Below are positions 25,907-35,934 of a stretch of 64,000 nucleotides of DNA, piece after piece. The position numbers and the translations under genes were made by a program. The notes under the pieces were generated by a model. That model was not told the origin of the DNA, ran no database searches, and saw only the letters and a program-made list of their open reading frames with translations. Every line of letters begins with the position of its first letter. Position 1 is the first letter of the stretch. Source of the DNA: an uncultured Planctomycetia bacterium (GTDB lineage: Bacteria > Planctomycetota > MHYJ01 > WSZJ01); contig CAZPWT010000029.1 in assembly GCA_964590435.1 (NCBI GenBank), forward strand, positions 66,280-130,279. The letters run 5' to 3'.

Positions 25907-28261
25907 CTACCGGTCGAGCGCTTCCAGCGCGGCGCGTGCCGAGGGAGCTTTCGGGTGATCCGGAAAGCTCTTCAGGAAGAACTCGTAAACCCTGCCGGCG
26001 AGTTTCCGATCGCCACGGTCCTGGAAGATGCCCGCAAGGTGATAGAGATCCTCCGGCCGAGGATCCTGCTTTGTGGCCAGCGCGGTCTCGACCTGGGCGA
26101 GGGCTTCCTGCCACGCCGGCGTCTCGGGGCGCGCACACAGGATTTCCGCGACTTCGAGGGAAGCGCGGATGCGGACGTCGACGTCGCCGGAAGCGAGGGC
26201 CGCGCGAGCGTCGGCGAGGGCGTCGTCGAGCTTGCCGGAAAAGCGCCGGACGGTGGCGCGGCGGAGGCACACCGAGAGCGCGCCGGGGCTGAGGGCGAGG
26301 GCACTCGACAGGTCGGTGTCGGCGCCGGCGAAGTCGCGCAAGGCGATCCGGGCCTCGGCGCGGGCCTGGAGGGCGAGCATGTTGTCCCTCGAGGAGGCGA
26401 CGAGGAGATCGGCGTCGGCCGCGGCGCCGGCGGCGTCGCCCGCGGCGAGGCGGGAGGACGACCGGTTCAGGCGGGCCGGCGCGAACGAAGCGTCGAGACC
26501 GAGAGCGGCGTCGAAATCCTCCAGCGCGCCCTTCGCGTCCCCCGAACGGCCGCGCGCGACGCCGCGCAGGTTGCGGTGCGACGCCGACAGGGCATTCGCC
26601 TGCACCGCGCGGTTCAGGTCGTCGAGCGCGCCCGCGACGTCCGGGGGCGACGATGCCAGCCGGAGGTAACCTCGCAGCGCCAGCGCGTCGTCCCTGAACG
26701 GGTTCTGGCCGATGACTTCCCCAAGGTCGGACATCGCCTCGGGAAATTTCGCCGCCAGGAAGGCGAGCCCCGCCCGGGCATGAAGCGGCATCCACTCGCG
26801 CCCCGGCGGGGGTTTTGCGCCCGCGGCGCGTGCGAGGTCGTCGGCGGCCGCGAGTTGGAGGGAGCGGGCGACGCGGGCAGCGGCGGAAGGTTCACCCGCG
26901 GAGTACGGCTCGGCCTGCAGGGCGATCTTCGCGTCGATGAACTGGTCCAGGCGGGCGAGGCCGAGTTCGTAGACCGCCTCCGCGGAATTCCCCGCCAGCG
27001 CAAGATCGACGATCGCGGCGCTACGTTCGCCTCGCAACCGAAGCGCCCTTCCCCGCCCCGCGTGAGCCTCGGCGCACGCGTCGTCGGCGGCGAGGGCCTT
27101 CCCGAACGCCTCGACGGCGCGGGACAGCGCCGCGCGGAGGTCGTCGGCGCGGCCGGTCATGAGGCACTTCTCGGCGATGTCGAGTTGTTCGCGGCCGGGG
27201 CGGACCCACTCGGCGGCGGCGGCGCGGCGCGCGGCGGCGGCGGCCTCGAGGCGGCGCTTCTCCCCCTCCGCCGCGAGCTGGCGTTCGCGCTCGGCGCGGT
27301 CGGAGCGGCCGGCGCCCCAGACGACGCCGACGGCGGCGAGGCCGAGGACGGCGACGATGCCCGCCGCGGTGAGAGCGGTGTGGCGGCGGACCCACGCGGC
27401 GGCCCGCTCGGTCGTGCCGGGGGGACGCGCGACGATCGCGGAGCCGGCGAGGTGGCGGTCGATGTCGGCCGCGAAATCCGAAGCGGACTGGTAGCGGCGC
27501 ACCGGCGCCTTCGCCAGCGCCTTCAGGCAGATCGTCTCCACGTCGCGCGGCACCGCGGCGTTCACCGTCCGCGGCGGCACCGGCGGCTCGGCCAGCACCG
27601 CCATCACCGTCTTCACCGTATCCGCCTTCTCGAACGGCGGCCGGTCCGTCAGCAGGTAATACATCACCCCGCCCAGCGAAAAGACGTCGCTCCGCCCGTC
27701 GATCGAATCCGGGTCCCCCGACGCCTGCTCCGGGCTCATGAAGTTCGGCGTCCCCATGATCGTCCCGCTCTGCGTCAGGTTCCGCCCGTCTTCCAGGTGC
27801 TTCGCCAGCCCGAAATCCATCAGCACCGGCCGCCCGTCCTCCGACAACACCACGTTCGACGGCTTGATGTCCCGGTGCACGATCCCCTGCCCGTGCGCAT
27901 ACTCCAGTGCCCTCGCCACGTCCCGCACGATCTCCAGCCGCTTCCTCATCCCCAGCTCCGGCATCCGCCTCTCCAGCGAATGACCCTTCACGAACTCCAT
28001 CGTGAAGTACGCCCGCCCCGCCTCCGTCCCCGTCTCGTAGATCGGCACGATGTTCGGATGCTTCAGCTTCGCCGCGGCGCGCGATTCCCTTCGGAAGCGT
28101 TCCATCTCGAGCGACGAGGAGTCCGTCGAGAGGAGCATCTTGAGGGCGACCTCGCGGCCAAGCTCGTTGTCCCGCGCGAGGAAGACGACGCCCATCCCGC
28201 CGCGGCCCAGCTCGCGGAGGAGCGTGAATTTCCCGAAGTGTTTCGAGACGCTGGTGGGCAT
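25907..28261 (-). CDS. Ser/Thr protein kinase with a transmembrane segment and a C-terminal TPR array.
   Basis: ORF 25907..28345, trimmed to MPTSVSKHFGKFTLL. It carries GRGGMGVV, VALK, HRDIKPSNVVL and DFGLA motifs, then a hydrophobic helix and TPR-like repeats. Confidence 0.85.
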   Translation of the reverse strand: MPTSVSKHFGKFTLLRELGRGGMGVVFLARDNELGREVALKMLLSTDSSSLEMERFRRESRAAAKLKHPNIVPIYETGTEAGRAYFTMEFVKGHSLERRMPELGMRKRLEIVRDVARALEYAHGQGIVHRDIKPSNVVLSEDGRPVLMDFGLAKHLEDGRNLTQSGTIMGTPNFMSPEQASGDPDSIDGRSDVFSLGGVMYYLLTDRPPFEKADTVKTVMAVLAEPPVPPRTVNAAVPRDVETICLKALAKAPVRRYQSASDFAADIDRHLAGSAIVARPPGTTERAAAWVRRHTALTAAGIVAVLGLAAVGVVWGAGRSDRAERERQLAAEGEKRRLEAAAAARRAAAAEWVRPGREQLDIAEKCLMTGRADDLRAALSRAVEAFGKALAADDACAEAHAGRGRALRLRGERSAAIVDLALAGNSAEAVYELGLARLDQFIDAKIALQAEPYSAGEPSAAARVARSLQLAAADDLARAAGAKPPPGREWMPLHARAGLAFLAAKFPEAMSDLGEVIGQNPFRDDALALRGYLRLASSPPDVAGALDDLNRAVQANALSASHRNLRGVARGRSGDAKGALEDFDAALGLDASFAPARLNRSSSRLAAGDAAGAAADADLLVASSRDNMLALQARAEARIALRDFAGADTDLSSALALSPGALSVCLRRATVRRFSGKLDDALADARAALASGDVDVRIRASLEVAEILCARPETPAWQEALAQVETALATKQDPRPEDLYHLAGIFQDRGDRKLAGRVYEFFLKSFPDHPKAPSARAALEALDR

Positions 28262-28347
28262 GCGGAAAAGGTCGTAACACGCCGCCGTCCGATTGGCGAG
28301 AGGCGGATGGTAGGATTGCGCCCCACGAAACCCTGCGGAGACCATCC

Positions 28348-28884
28348 ATGAAGCGGCGGATCCTGGCGGCGGCGCTGTGCCTGACCTCGCTGGCGGCGTG
28401 CGACAAGGTGAAGGAGATCCCGAATCCCCTCGGGGGAAACTCGGGAACCGGGGGCGGCGGCGACGCCGGCTCGCCGACCGGCACCGTCGACGCCTACAAG
28501 GCCGCCATCGCTTCGCAGGACTGGGGCAAGATGTACGGGCTGCTCTCCGCCGAGTTCCAGAAGCAGGCGGTGGCGGAGGTGGAGGGGCTGAAGCGCGACC
28601 TGGCGGGATCGGACGCGGGGAAGAAAAAGGCGGCCGAGGAGAAGATCCGGGCGCGCGGGCTGAAGCCGGAGCAGTTCACGCAGGGGGACCCGGCAAAGCT
28701 GGCAACGGAGTGGGTCGGTGCGGAGGTGATGCTGGGAAGCGCGCGCCTGCCGAAGGTGATCAAGGAAACGAAGGCGATCAAGCTGGACGACAAGAAGGCG
28801 TCGGTGGACTTCGTGAGCCCGGAGGGGACGACGGGAACGCTGAAGTTCGTGAAGGAAAACGGCGCGTGGCGGTTCGCGCCGTAG
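28348..28884 (+). CDS. Small lipoprotein, hypothetical.
   Basis: MKRRILAAALCLTSLAAC carries a lipobox. It is transcribed divergently from the kinase gene. Confidence 0.65.
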   Translation: MKRRILAAALCLTSLAACDKVKEIPNPLGGNSGTGGGGDAGSPTGTVDAYKAAIASQDWGKMYGLLSAEFQKQAVAEVEGLKRDLAGSDAGKKKAAEEKIRARGLKPEQFTQGDPAKLATEWVGAEVMLGSARLPKVIKETKAIKLDDKKASVDFVSPEGTTGTLKFVKENGAWRFAP

Positions 28885-28899
28885 GGCGGGCTACCCGAC

Positions 28900-29670
28900 G
28901 TGGGTGACCGGGCCTTCGACCTTGCCGCCCCCCCGCCACCCCGCTATCGTCCGGTCGTGCCCGAGCACGACACAACCATCCCCGGCCCCGCCGATTTCCC
29001 CAGCACCGCCTGGAGCCGCCTCATCCAGCGCCCCGACCGGGAAAGCGCGGAGTTTCTCGCCACTCATTACTGGAAGCCGGCCTACCTCTACGTCCGCCGC
29101 AAATGGCGCAAGTCCAACGAGGACGCCAAGGACCTGACCCAGGCGTTTTTCACCGAAGCGCTCCGGAGCGATTTCCTGCAAAAGGCCGACCCGAACCGCG
29201 GCTCGTTCCGGCGATTCCTGAAGGCGTCGCTCGAGAATTTCCTGCGCAAGCAGCACCGGGACGCGAAGGCGGAGAAGCGCGGGGGCGGCAAGCCCGCGCT
29301 GAGCCTCGACGATGTCGGCGAGGCCGAGGAGCTGGCGTCGCGCGAGGGCGACCCGGACGCGCTCTTCGACCGCGAATGGCTCGAGTCGATGTTCGAGCGC
29401 TGCCTGCCGCGCCTCCGCGAGGCGTATGAGAAGGACGGCAAGGCCGTCTACTTCGAGCTGTTCCGCCGGTACGAACTCGAGCGCCCTTCCCAGGGCGGCG
29501 TGACCTACGACGAGCTCGCCGCCGAATTCCGCGTGTCCGTCTCCGACGTGCGCAACTGGCTGCACCACGCCCGCACGAAGTGGCGCAAGATCGTGCTCGA
29601 CGAGATGAGCGAGACCTGCGCCAGCACCTCCGACCTCGAGGCCGAGGCGCGAGAGCTCTTCCCCGGCTAG
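28900..29670 (+). CDS. ECF-type sigma-70 family factor.
   Basis: STAWSRLI and DLTQAFFTEAL resemble region 2. The C-terminal helix-turn-helix TYDELAAEFRVSVSDVRNWLHHARTKWRKIV resembles region 4. Start is GTG, and the N-terminal boundary is uncertain. Confidence 0.65.
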   Translation: MGDRAFDLAAPPPPRYRPVVPEHDTTIPGPADFPSTAWSRLIQRPDRESAEFLATHYWKPAYLYVRRKWRKSNEDAKDLTQAFFTEALRSDFLQKADPNRGSFRRFLKASLENFLRKQHRDAKAEKRGGGKPALSLDDVGEAEELASREGDPDALFDREWLESMFERCLPRLREAYEKDGKAVYFELFRRYELERPSQGGVTYDELAAEFRVSVSDVRNWLHHARTKWRKIVLDEMSETCASTSDLEAEARELFPG

Positions 29671-29691
29671 CCGCCGGTAGAATGCGGCGCA

Positions 29692-31416
29692 GTGCCCCCG
29701 AAGCTCCCCGACCACGTCTTCTCCCGCCTCCGCTCCCTCGCCTCCGCCGAGGACCCCGAGGGCGCTTCCCTGTCCATGCCCCCCGACGCGTTCGCGGCGT
29801 GGAAAAAGGACGGCGCGGCGTTCGGGAAGTTCGTGCTGCTCGAGGAGCTGGGGCGCGGCGGGCAGAGCATCGTGCGGCGCGCGTGGCAGACCGACCTGCG
29901 CCGCGAGGTCGCGCTCAAGATCGTCACCGGGCTGAACCCCGAGCTGCGGCGGCGGTTCATGGAGGAAGCGCGTCTCGGCGCGCGGCTGACGCACCCGGCG
30001 ATCGTCCCGGTGTTCGAAGCGGGTGAGGACCGCGAAACGCTGTGGCTCTGCATGCCGCGCGTCGACGGGACCACGCTCGACCGGGTCAAGCTGACGGCGG
30101 CGGAAGCGGCGGTCGCACTGGCGGCGGCGGCGCGCGGGGTGCAGGCGGCGCACGAGCAGGGGGTGATCCACCGGGATTTGAAACCGCGCAACATCATGAA
30201 GAGCGGCGGCGGCGTGCACATCCTCGACTTCGGGCTGGCGAAGGCGGTCGGGCTTGCGTCGCAGACGAATGCGAGCGGACCAGGACTCGGCACGCCGCAC
30301 TTCATGTCCCCGGAGCAGGCCGCCGGCGGCTCGCTCGACGCGCGCACCGACGTCTACGCGCTCGGCGCCACGCTGTACGCCCTTCTCGCCGGCCGCCCGC
30401 CGTACACGACGACGGGGATGGGGGAATTCATCGCGGCGATCCTGCGGGAAGATCCGCCGCCGCTGCGATCGCTGGCCCCCGCGATCCCGTCGTCGCTCGC
30501 CGCGGTCGTCGAGAAGGCGATGTGCCGGGAGCCGGAGCGGCGCTACGCCACGGCCGCGGCGCTCGCGGAGGACCTGGAGCGCTTCGCCGCCGGCGAGCCC
30601 GTCTCCGCCCGTCCGGCCGGCCCGTCGGCCCGGGCGGCGCGGTGGGCAAAAAAGAACCCGGCGCTGTCCGCGATGGCGGCGACGCTGCTCGTCTCGATCG
30701 CCGCGGGCGTTCTCCTGCGCCAGGCGGGCCGCGCGTCCGCCGCGGATCCCCTTCCCGAGGCGCTCGCGCTGCTCAAACGGCAGGACTGGCGCGCGGCGGA
30801 GAAGATCCTGACGCCGCTGATCCAGAAGGACCCGGCGAACGTGGAAGCGCTCGTCGCGCGAGCCGAGTGCTGGTACGGGCAGCAGGAATACGACCTCGCG
30901 GCGAGCGACCTCGATGTGGCGCTTCAGGTCGCCCCTGCGGTGCCGTCGCGCTGGTTCCGGCGGGCGGAGTGCGCGGAGTGGCAGGCGCAGTTCCGGCGGG
31001 CGGAGCAGTGTTACACGCGGTCGCTGGATCTCGATCCGGAGAACGTAGAGTCGTGGATCGGTCGCTCGAATGCGCGGCTCAAGCAGGGAGATTCCGGCGG
31101 GGCGTTCGGCGACGCGACGGAGGCGGTGAAGCGGAACCCGGGGCACGCGTGGGCGCTGGGGGCGCGGGCGAAGGCGCTCAAGGCGCTGGACCGGCCCGAG
31201 CAGGCGATCCGCGATTTCAATGCGGCGCTGGCGATCCAGCCGAAGGAAGCGACGTGGCTGTCGGAGCGCGGGAGGTGCAAGCTGGCGCTGAAGGACTGGT
31301 CAGGCGCGCTGGCGGACCTGGAAGCGGGAGCGGAACTGAGCGACTACGTGAAGAAGCACGTGCAGGACGAGATCCAGGCCGCGAAGAAAGGGCTCGAAGC
31401 CGCCAAGCCGGAGTAG
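29692..31416 (+). CDS. Ser/Thr protein kinase with a transmembrane segment and a C-terminal TPR array.
   Basis: GRGGQSIV, VALK, HRDLKPRNIM and DFGLAKA motifs are present, with TPR repeats at the C-terminus. Start is the GTG at 29692. Confidence 0.85.
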   Translation: MPPKLPDHVFSRLRSLASAEDPEGASLSMPPDAFAAWKKDGAAFGKFVLLEELGRGGQSIVRRAWQTDLRREVALKIVTGLNPELRRRFMEEARLGARLTHPAIVPVFEAGEDRETLWLCMPRVDGTTLDRVKLTAAEAAVALAAAARGVQAAHEQGVIHRDLKPRNIMKSGGGVHILDFGLAKAVGLASQTNASGPGLGTPHFMSPEQAAGGSLDARTDVYALGATLYALLAGRPPYTTTGMGEFIAAILREDPPPLRSLAPAIPSSLAAVVEKAMCREPERRYATAAALAEDLERFAAGEPVSARPAGPSARAARWAKKNPALSAMAATLLVSIAAGVLLRQAGRASAADPLPEALALLKRQDWRAAEKILTPLIQKDPANVEALVARAECWYGQQEYDLAASDLDVALQVAPAVPSRWFRRAECAEWQAQFRRAEQCYTRSLDLDPENVESWIGRSNARLKQGDSGGAFGDATEAVKRNPGHAWALGARAKALKALDRPEQAIRDFNAALAIQPKEATWLSERGRCKLALKDWSGALADLEAGAELSDYVKKHVQDEIQAAKKGLEAAKPE

Positions 31417-31424
31417 CCACGCCC

Positions 31425-31459
31425 TCGCAACCCGCAACTCGCAACCCGCAACCCGCAAC
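31425..31459. repeat. Tandem heptamer array (CGCAACY)x5 between the convergent kinase and metK genes.
   Basis: cgcaacc cgcaact cgcaacc cgcaacc cgcaact. This is the same unit as at 4497-4524. Confidence 0.85.
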
Positions 31460-31464
31460 TGCAG

Positions 31465-32673
31465 TTAGACCTTCACCGCCGACTTACCGGCCTTTTTTTT
31501 TGCAATCCCCGCCGCCGCGGCCAGCGTGTCCGCCATGTCCGTCTGCTCCCACGACCGGCCCTCGTCCTTGATCCCGAAGTGCCCGTACCGCGCGGTCGCC
31601 TTGTAGATCGGGCGGCGCAGCCGGAAACGATCGATCATGGCGCTCGGGCTGAACCGGAACAGGTCCTTGTTCTCGAGAAGCTCGCGGAGCTTGTCCTCGC
31701 TGATCTTGCCCGTGCCGAACGTGTTCACGTACACGCTGAGCGGCTCGCTCACGCCGATCGCGTAGCTGAGCTGGATCTCCACGCGGTCCGCCAGCCCCGC
31801 CGCGACCACGTTCTTCGCCGCGTGCCGCGCCGCGTACGCCGCCGTCCGGTCCACCTTGGTCGGGTCCTTGCCGCTGAACGCCCCGCCGCCGTGCCGCCCC
31901 ATCCCGCCGTACGTGTCGCAGATGATCTTCCGCCCCGTCAGCCCGCAGTCCGCCTGCGGCCCGCCGTCCACGAACCGCCCCGTCGGGTTGATGTAGTACT
32001 TCGTCTTCTTGTCCAGCAGCTCCGCCGGGATCACGTGCTTCGCGATCGCATCAATCGCATCCGGTGTCAGCGTCTTTTTCACGTCCACCTCCGGCGCATG
32101 CTGCAGGCTCAGCACCACCGTGTCGATCCTCACCGGCACGTCCCCGTCGTACTCCACCGTCACCTGGCTTTTCGCGTCCGGCCGCAGGTACTTCATGATC
32201 CCCGCCTCGCGAACCTCCGCCGCCCGGTTCATCAGCTTTCGCGCCAGCAGGATCGGCATCGGCATCAGCTCGGGCGTCTCGTTGCACGCGTACCCGAACA
32301 TGATCCCCTGGTCGCCGGCCCCCAGCTCCTTCCCCTTCTTCTCGTCCACGCCGACCGAAATGTCCGCGCTCTGCGGCTCCAGGCACGTCAGCACCCCCAC
32401 CGAGAAGCAGTTGAACGAGCTCGTCGGGTCCGTGTACCCGATCTCCTTCACCACCTGCTTCACCAGCTTCGGCACCTCCACGTACCCCTTCGTCCGGATC
32501 TCACCCGCCACGATCGCCAGCCCGCTCTTCAGCATCGTCTCGCACGCCACCCGCGAATGCGGATCCTGCTCCAGCAGGTTGTCCAGCACCGCGTCGGAAA
32601 TCTGGTCCGCAACCTTGTCCGGGTGACCGAGCGAAACGGCTTCCGACGTGAACTGGCGAAGGGGCTTGGGCAT
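31465..32673 (-). CDS. metK: S-adenosylmethionine synthetase.
   Basis: Characteristic motifs are present: [22 protein letters not shown] and GGGAFSGKD. Confidence 0.97.
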   Translation of the reverse strand: MPKPLRQFTSEAVSLGHPDKVADQISDAVLDNLLEQDPHSRVACETMLKSGLAIVAGEIRTKGYVEVPKLVKQVVKEIGYTDPTSSFNCFSVGVLTCLEPQSADISVGVDEKKGKELGAGDQGIMFGYACNETPELMPMPILLARKLMNRAAEVREAGIMKYLRPDAKSQVTVEYDGDVPVRIDTVVLSLQHAPEVDVKKTLTPDAIDAIAKHVIPAELLDKKTKYYINPTGRFVDGGPQADCGLTGRKIICDTYGGMGRHGGGAFSGKDPTKVDRTAAYAARHAAKNVVAAGLADRVEIQLSYAIGVSEPLSVYVNTFGTGKISEDKLRELLENKDLFRFSPSAMIDRFRLRRPIYKATARYGHFGIKDEGRSWEQTDMADTLAAAAGIAKKKAGKSAVKV

Positions 32674-32755
32674 GGGCTCTCCGTGCGATAGGTGATTGAG
32701 AAGAGCCCATCAGACTAGCCCCGGAAGGCCGAACGCGCACGCCTTTTTGGAGGGC

Positions 32756-33682
32756 CTACTTCGGGGGCTTCTCGCGCTCCGCCAGGACCGCGCGCACCGC
32801 CTCCAGGCGCTCCGCGGTGGCCTCCAGTATTCCCGCGGTGCCGCCCACGAGCGTCCGCTCCCTCCAGGTCTTCTTCGGGTCCGCGTCGCCCTTCCTGATG
32901 AAGACCAGCAGCTTCCCGAACCCCCGGCGCGTCATGAAGACCGCCTCGATCGACTCGTCGCCCTGGGCGAAAACGCGTTGCTTCCCCGTCCAGTCCGGTG
33001 GAAGCGGTCCCCCGCGCAGCCACTCGACGCGGTAGAACTCCACGATCCGCTCGCCCTCGATCTTCGTCGCCGTCACCCACGTCTCGGCCACGAAGACCTC
33101 GTCCGCCTCCTTCGCCATCGCCTTCACGTCCGATTTCGCCTGCGCTTCCCGGTCCGCTTTCACGGCGTTCTCGAGGGCCCGCGCCTCGGCGGCGGCCAGC
33201 GCCTCCGCCTTCGCACGCCGCTCCTTCCAGTCCTTCAGGACGGCGCCCCGGGCCCATTCGAGCACTTTCTCCGTCGGCTCGTACCGGCAGCGGAAACTCA
33301 CAAGAAATGGGCCGCCCCGCTCGAGGTTCTGCGACATCACCAGCAGCTCCGTCCCGGCTTTCGGACCCGCCAGCGGCTTCGCGTTCCACCGCTCCAGCTC
33401 GGCCTCCCGCCCGGTCGTGTCGATGTCGTGCTGCACCGGCATCCAGAGCGCTTCCAGCTCATCCCCGGCCTTCGCGTCGCCCTGAAGGGCTTCCTTGACG
33501 ACGAGCACGACCTTGGGCGGGTTCGAGTTCGTGCACCCCTTGTCCTCGACCGACTTGACCTTCACGACGTACACGTCGCGCCTCCAGTCGCCGAGGAGAT
33601 CCTCGTCGCCGAGAAGCTGTTCCATGGATCCGCCCGCCAGGGCAGCCGCGGCGGAGAGCAGCAGGATGAGGGTCGGGCGCAT
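32756..33682 (-). CDS. Secreted hypothetical protein.
   Basis: MRPTLILLLSAAAALAGG is a signal peptide. The remaining sequence has balanced composition and no known motif. Confidence 0.6.
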   Translation of the reverse strand: MRPTLILLLSAAAALAGGSMEQLLGDEDLLGDWRRDVYVVKVKSVEDKGCTNSNPPKVVLVVKEALQGDAKAGDELEALWMPVQHDIDTTGREAELERWNAKPLAGPKAGTELLVMSQNLERGGPFLVSFRCRYEPTEKVLEWARGAVLKDWKERRAKAEALAAAEARALENAVKADREAQAKSDVKAMAKEADEVFVAETWVTATKIEGERIVEFYRVEWLRGGPLPPDWTGKQRVFAQGDESIEAVFMTRRGFGKLLVFIRKGDADPKKTWRERTLVGGTAGILEATAERLEAVRAVLAEREKPPK

Positions 33683-33740
33683 GCAGGTGCTCCGTATCGG
33701 AAGTGACGGGTTGAAACGTAAGCGAGCCGTGAAAGTTCGG

Positions 33741-34415
33741 CTACCCGTACCGGACGAACTGCATCGCGGCGAACAGGATCCGCGCGGCCAGCAGCGGCTC
33801 CATGAGGTTCCCCGCCGCCGCCTCCAGCGCCTTCCACGCCTCCGCGTCCGCCAGCGCCTTCCCCATCTCAGGCGGCGCCTTCGCCGACTCGATCAGCTTC
33901 TTCCCGCCCCACGGCGCCTGCGCCGGCACGATCCACGGCAGGAGCGCGCTCGTGCCGAACAGGAACGACATCACCCCGCCCGGCTTCAGCGACGCCGGCA
34001 GGTATCCCAGGAACTGCTCGCCCTTCGAAACCCCCAGCAGCAGGAACGCCGCCTTCCCCTTCGACTTCTCGATCGTGATCACCGTCTGGCCCTCGGCCAT
34101 GATCGACGGCTCGTCCAGCCTCACGCGGAGCGAATCCTCCCCCGCCCCGAACGCGACCTTGTCGTTCGAGAACTCGCTCCAGAAATCCACCTCGTCCATC
34201 GAGACGCGCAATTCCCCGCGCGCTTCCGGCGCAAACGCCCCCTGCGTCTCCAGCTCGCAGCGGCCCCTGCCGAGCTTCGTGACCTTCCCACCCTCCGCAT
34301 ACCCCGACTCGAGCTTCGCCCCTTCCACGTCCACGAACGTCGCCGTCCACTCCACCTTCTTGTAGGCGGAGGTGCCGAATTGTTCTTTTTGGAGGAAGAG
34401 CCTGGGCCAGTTCAT
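33741..34415 (-). CDS. Hypothetical protein.
   Basis: 224-aa ORF of ordinary composition. An antisense alternative is less plausible. Confidence 0.5.
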   Translation of the reverse strand: MNWPRLFLQKEQFGTSAYKKVEWTATFVDVEGAKLESGYAEGGKVTKLGRGRCELETQGAFAPEARGELRVSMDEVDFWSEFSNDKVAFGAGEDSLRVRLDEPSIMAEGQTVITIEKSKGKAAFLLLGVSKGEQFLGYLPASLKPGGVMSFLFGTSALLPWIVPAQAPWGGKKLIESAKAPPEMGKALADAEAWKALEAAAGNLMEPLLAARILFAAMQFVRYG

Positions 34416-34453
34416 GGGGGGCTATGTATACATCCGGAACGGCATGCTGTCGC

Positions 34454-35803
34454 CTACTCACCATACCGAATCAGGCGGAAATCGAGGCGCGAGGGGCGTT
34501 CGACCAGCAGGTACCTTGCGGAAGGGAAGCCCGGCTCATCCTCTGCGGGCACCGCATTCCCCGCATCCGCCTGGACGACGATGCGTCCGCTGGAGGGCAG
34601 GAACGCCCGATAGTGTCCGTCGCGATCGCATTGGAATACCTGGAGGCCGAAGTCGTTCGCCCGCTCCGGCTCGTCCCCAAAAACCTCGACCGTGGAGTCC
34701 GGAAGGGGTTTCCGGTCCTGGTCGAGCACGACTCCCTCGAGAAGCGTGCCGGCATCGAGCATGAGGCGGATGTCGGTGCGCGCCCTCCCTGCTTCGAGGC
34801 CGCGAAGGTCGAGAAAAGTCGCTGCCGTGGTTGGACTGGCCGCAAAGATCCGCACGAATTCCATGACCCGCCCGTCGTCGTGGTATCTCAGACTTGCGCC
34901 CTTGACAGAGAACGCGAAGTGCCCCTCCGCGTCCGTTTCACATTCCCCGAGACCGTGAGAAGTTGAGGCGCACGTGAACGCCTTGAATTCAACGACGACG
35001 TGTCCGGCGGGGCTCCCGTCGGGACGTTCGATCCAACCGGCGAGGAGCAGATCCGGAGGTGCTCGCTTCAGGGTGATCGCGAGGCGATTCACTCCCGGGC
35101 GGACAGGGACGTCCGCGGCGAGCGGGAAGTAACCTTCGAAACTCGCCCAGATGATGAGGCGGTTGTGAGCCAGATTCTTGTAACGGATCGGATTCTCGTC
35201 GCTGATCTCGGGGAGTCCTTCGATCTGCGCCAATCCGTCCGGTCCCGCCTTGAATCTCAGGCCCTTCGGCAAAGTCGAGATCTCTCCGCAGAAGGCCGGC
35301 AGCTGAACCGAGATGTCCGCGGCAAGCGGTTCACCCTGGTCTCCAGAGACCGTGGCCAGCAGGCTGCAGGGCACGGGAAGCATCACGTCGACTTCGGCGC
35401 CGGAATCCCCCAGGACGACTTCGCGATGGGCCCACACCAGGCATCGCGGGGCGGAGGCGACAACGGTGCAGGGTCCCTGTCTCCAGAGACTTGCGAGAAA
35501 CTCTCCCTTATCGTCCGCGGTAACCATGACCCATGGAGTCCCTTCAGGATCCTGCACGACCACCGAGGCATGGGGGACCGTCGTGCCGTCCTGGAAGCGT
35601 ACCGATCCACGAATTTGCCACCGGCGTGCGAGCGCCGGGCCGACCGTCTCCGGAGCGCTTTCTGTCCGAGCCTCCGGGCCTGCATGGTCATCAATTGCGT
35701 TGTCCTTGGCACCCGCAGGCGTGGCGGAAACATTGGAATTCCGTGCGGGCGGGGAACGCCGCGGAAGGGTGACGAATACAGCGATCGCCATCGCGGAGAC
35801 CAT
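34454..35803 (-). CDS. Membrane-anchored protein with carboxypeptidase-regulatory-like (CarboxypepD_reg) beta-sandwich repeats.
   Basis: ORF 34454..36115, trimmed to the ATG at 35801-35803 (MVSAMAIAVFVTL anchor) to avoid a 180-nt overlap with waaA. There are repeated G.V.F.DG..V..A.V.....T..D.GEF-type modules. Confidence 0.55.
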   Translation of the reverse strand: MVSAMAIAVFVTLPRRSPPARNSNVSATPAGAKDNAIDDHAGPEARTESAPETVGPALARRWQIRGSVRFQDGTTVPHASVVVQDPEGTPWVMVTADDKGEFLASLWRQGPCTVVASAPRCLVWAHREVVLGDSGAEVDVMLPVPCSLLATVSGDQGEPLAADISVQLPAFCGEISTLPKGLRFKAGPDGLAQIEGLPEISDENPIRYKNLAHNRLIIWASFEGYFPLAADVPVRPGVNRLAITLKRAPPDLLLAGWIERPDGSPAGHVVVEFKAFTCASTSHGLGECETDAEGHFAFSVKGASLRYHDDGRVMEFVRIFAASPTTAATFLDLRGLEAGRARTDIRLMLDAGTLLEGVVLDQDRKPLPDSTVEVFGDEPERANDFGLQVFQCDRDGHYRAFLPSSGRIVVQADAGNAVPAEDEPGFPSARYLLVERPSRLDFRLIRYGE

Positions 35804-35934
35804 GGCGATTGCCGCCGCCGCGCGCTTGCAGGTGCCTGGAATCGAAGTCCCCCCCTCCCTCGCTCGAGTCCGCACCAGGGAAATCCGACAGCCACGGCAC
35901 CTATTGTAGACCTTGGCGCCCCGCGCACTCCCGG

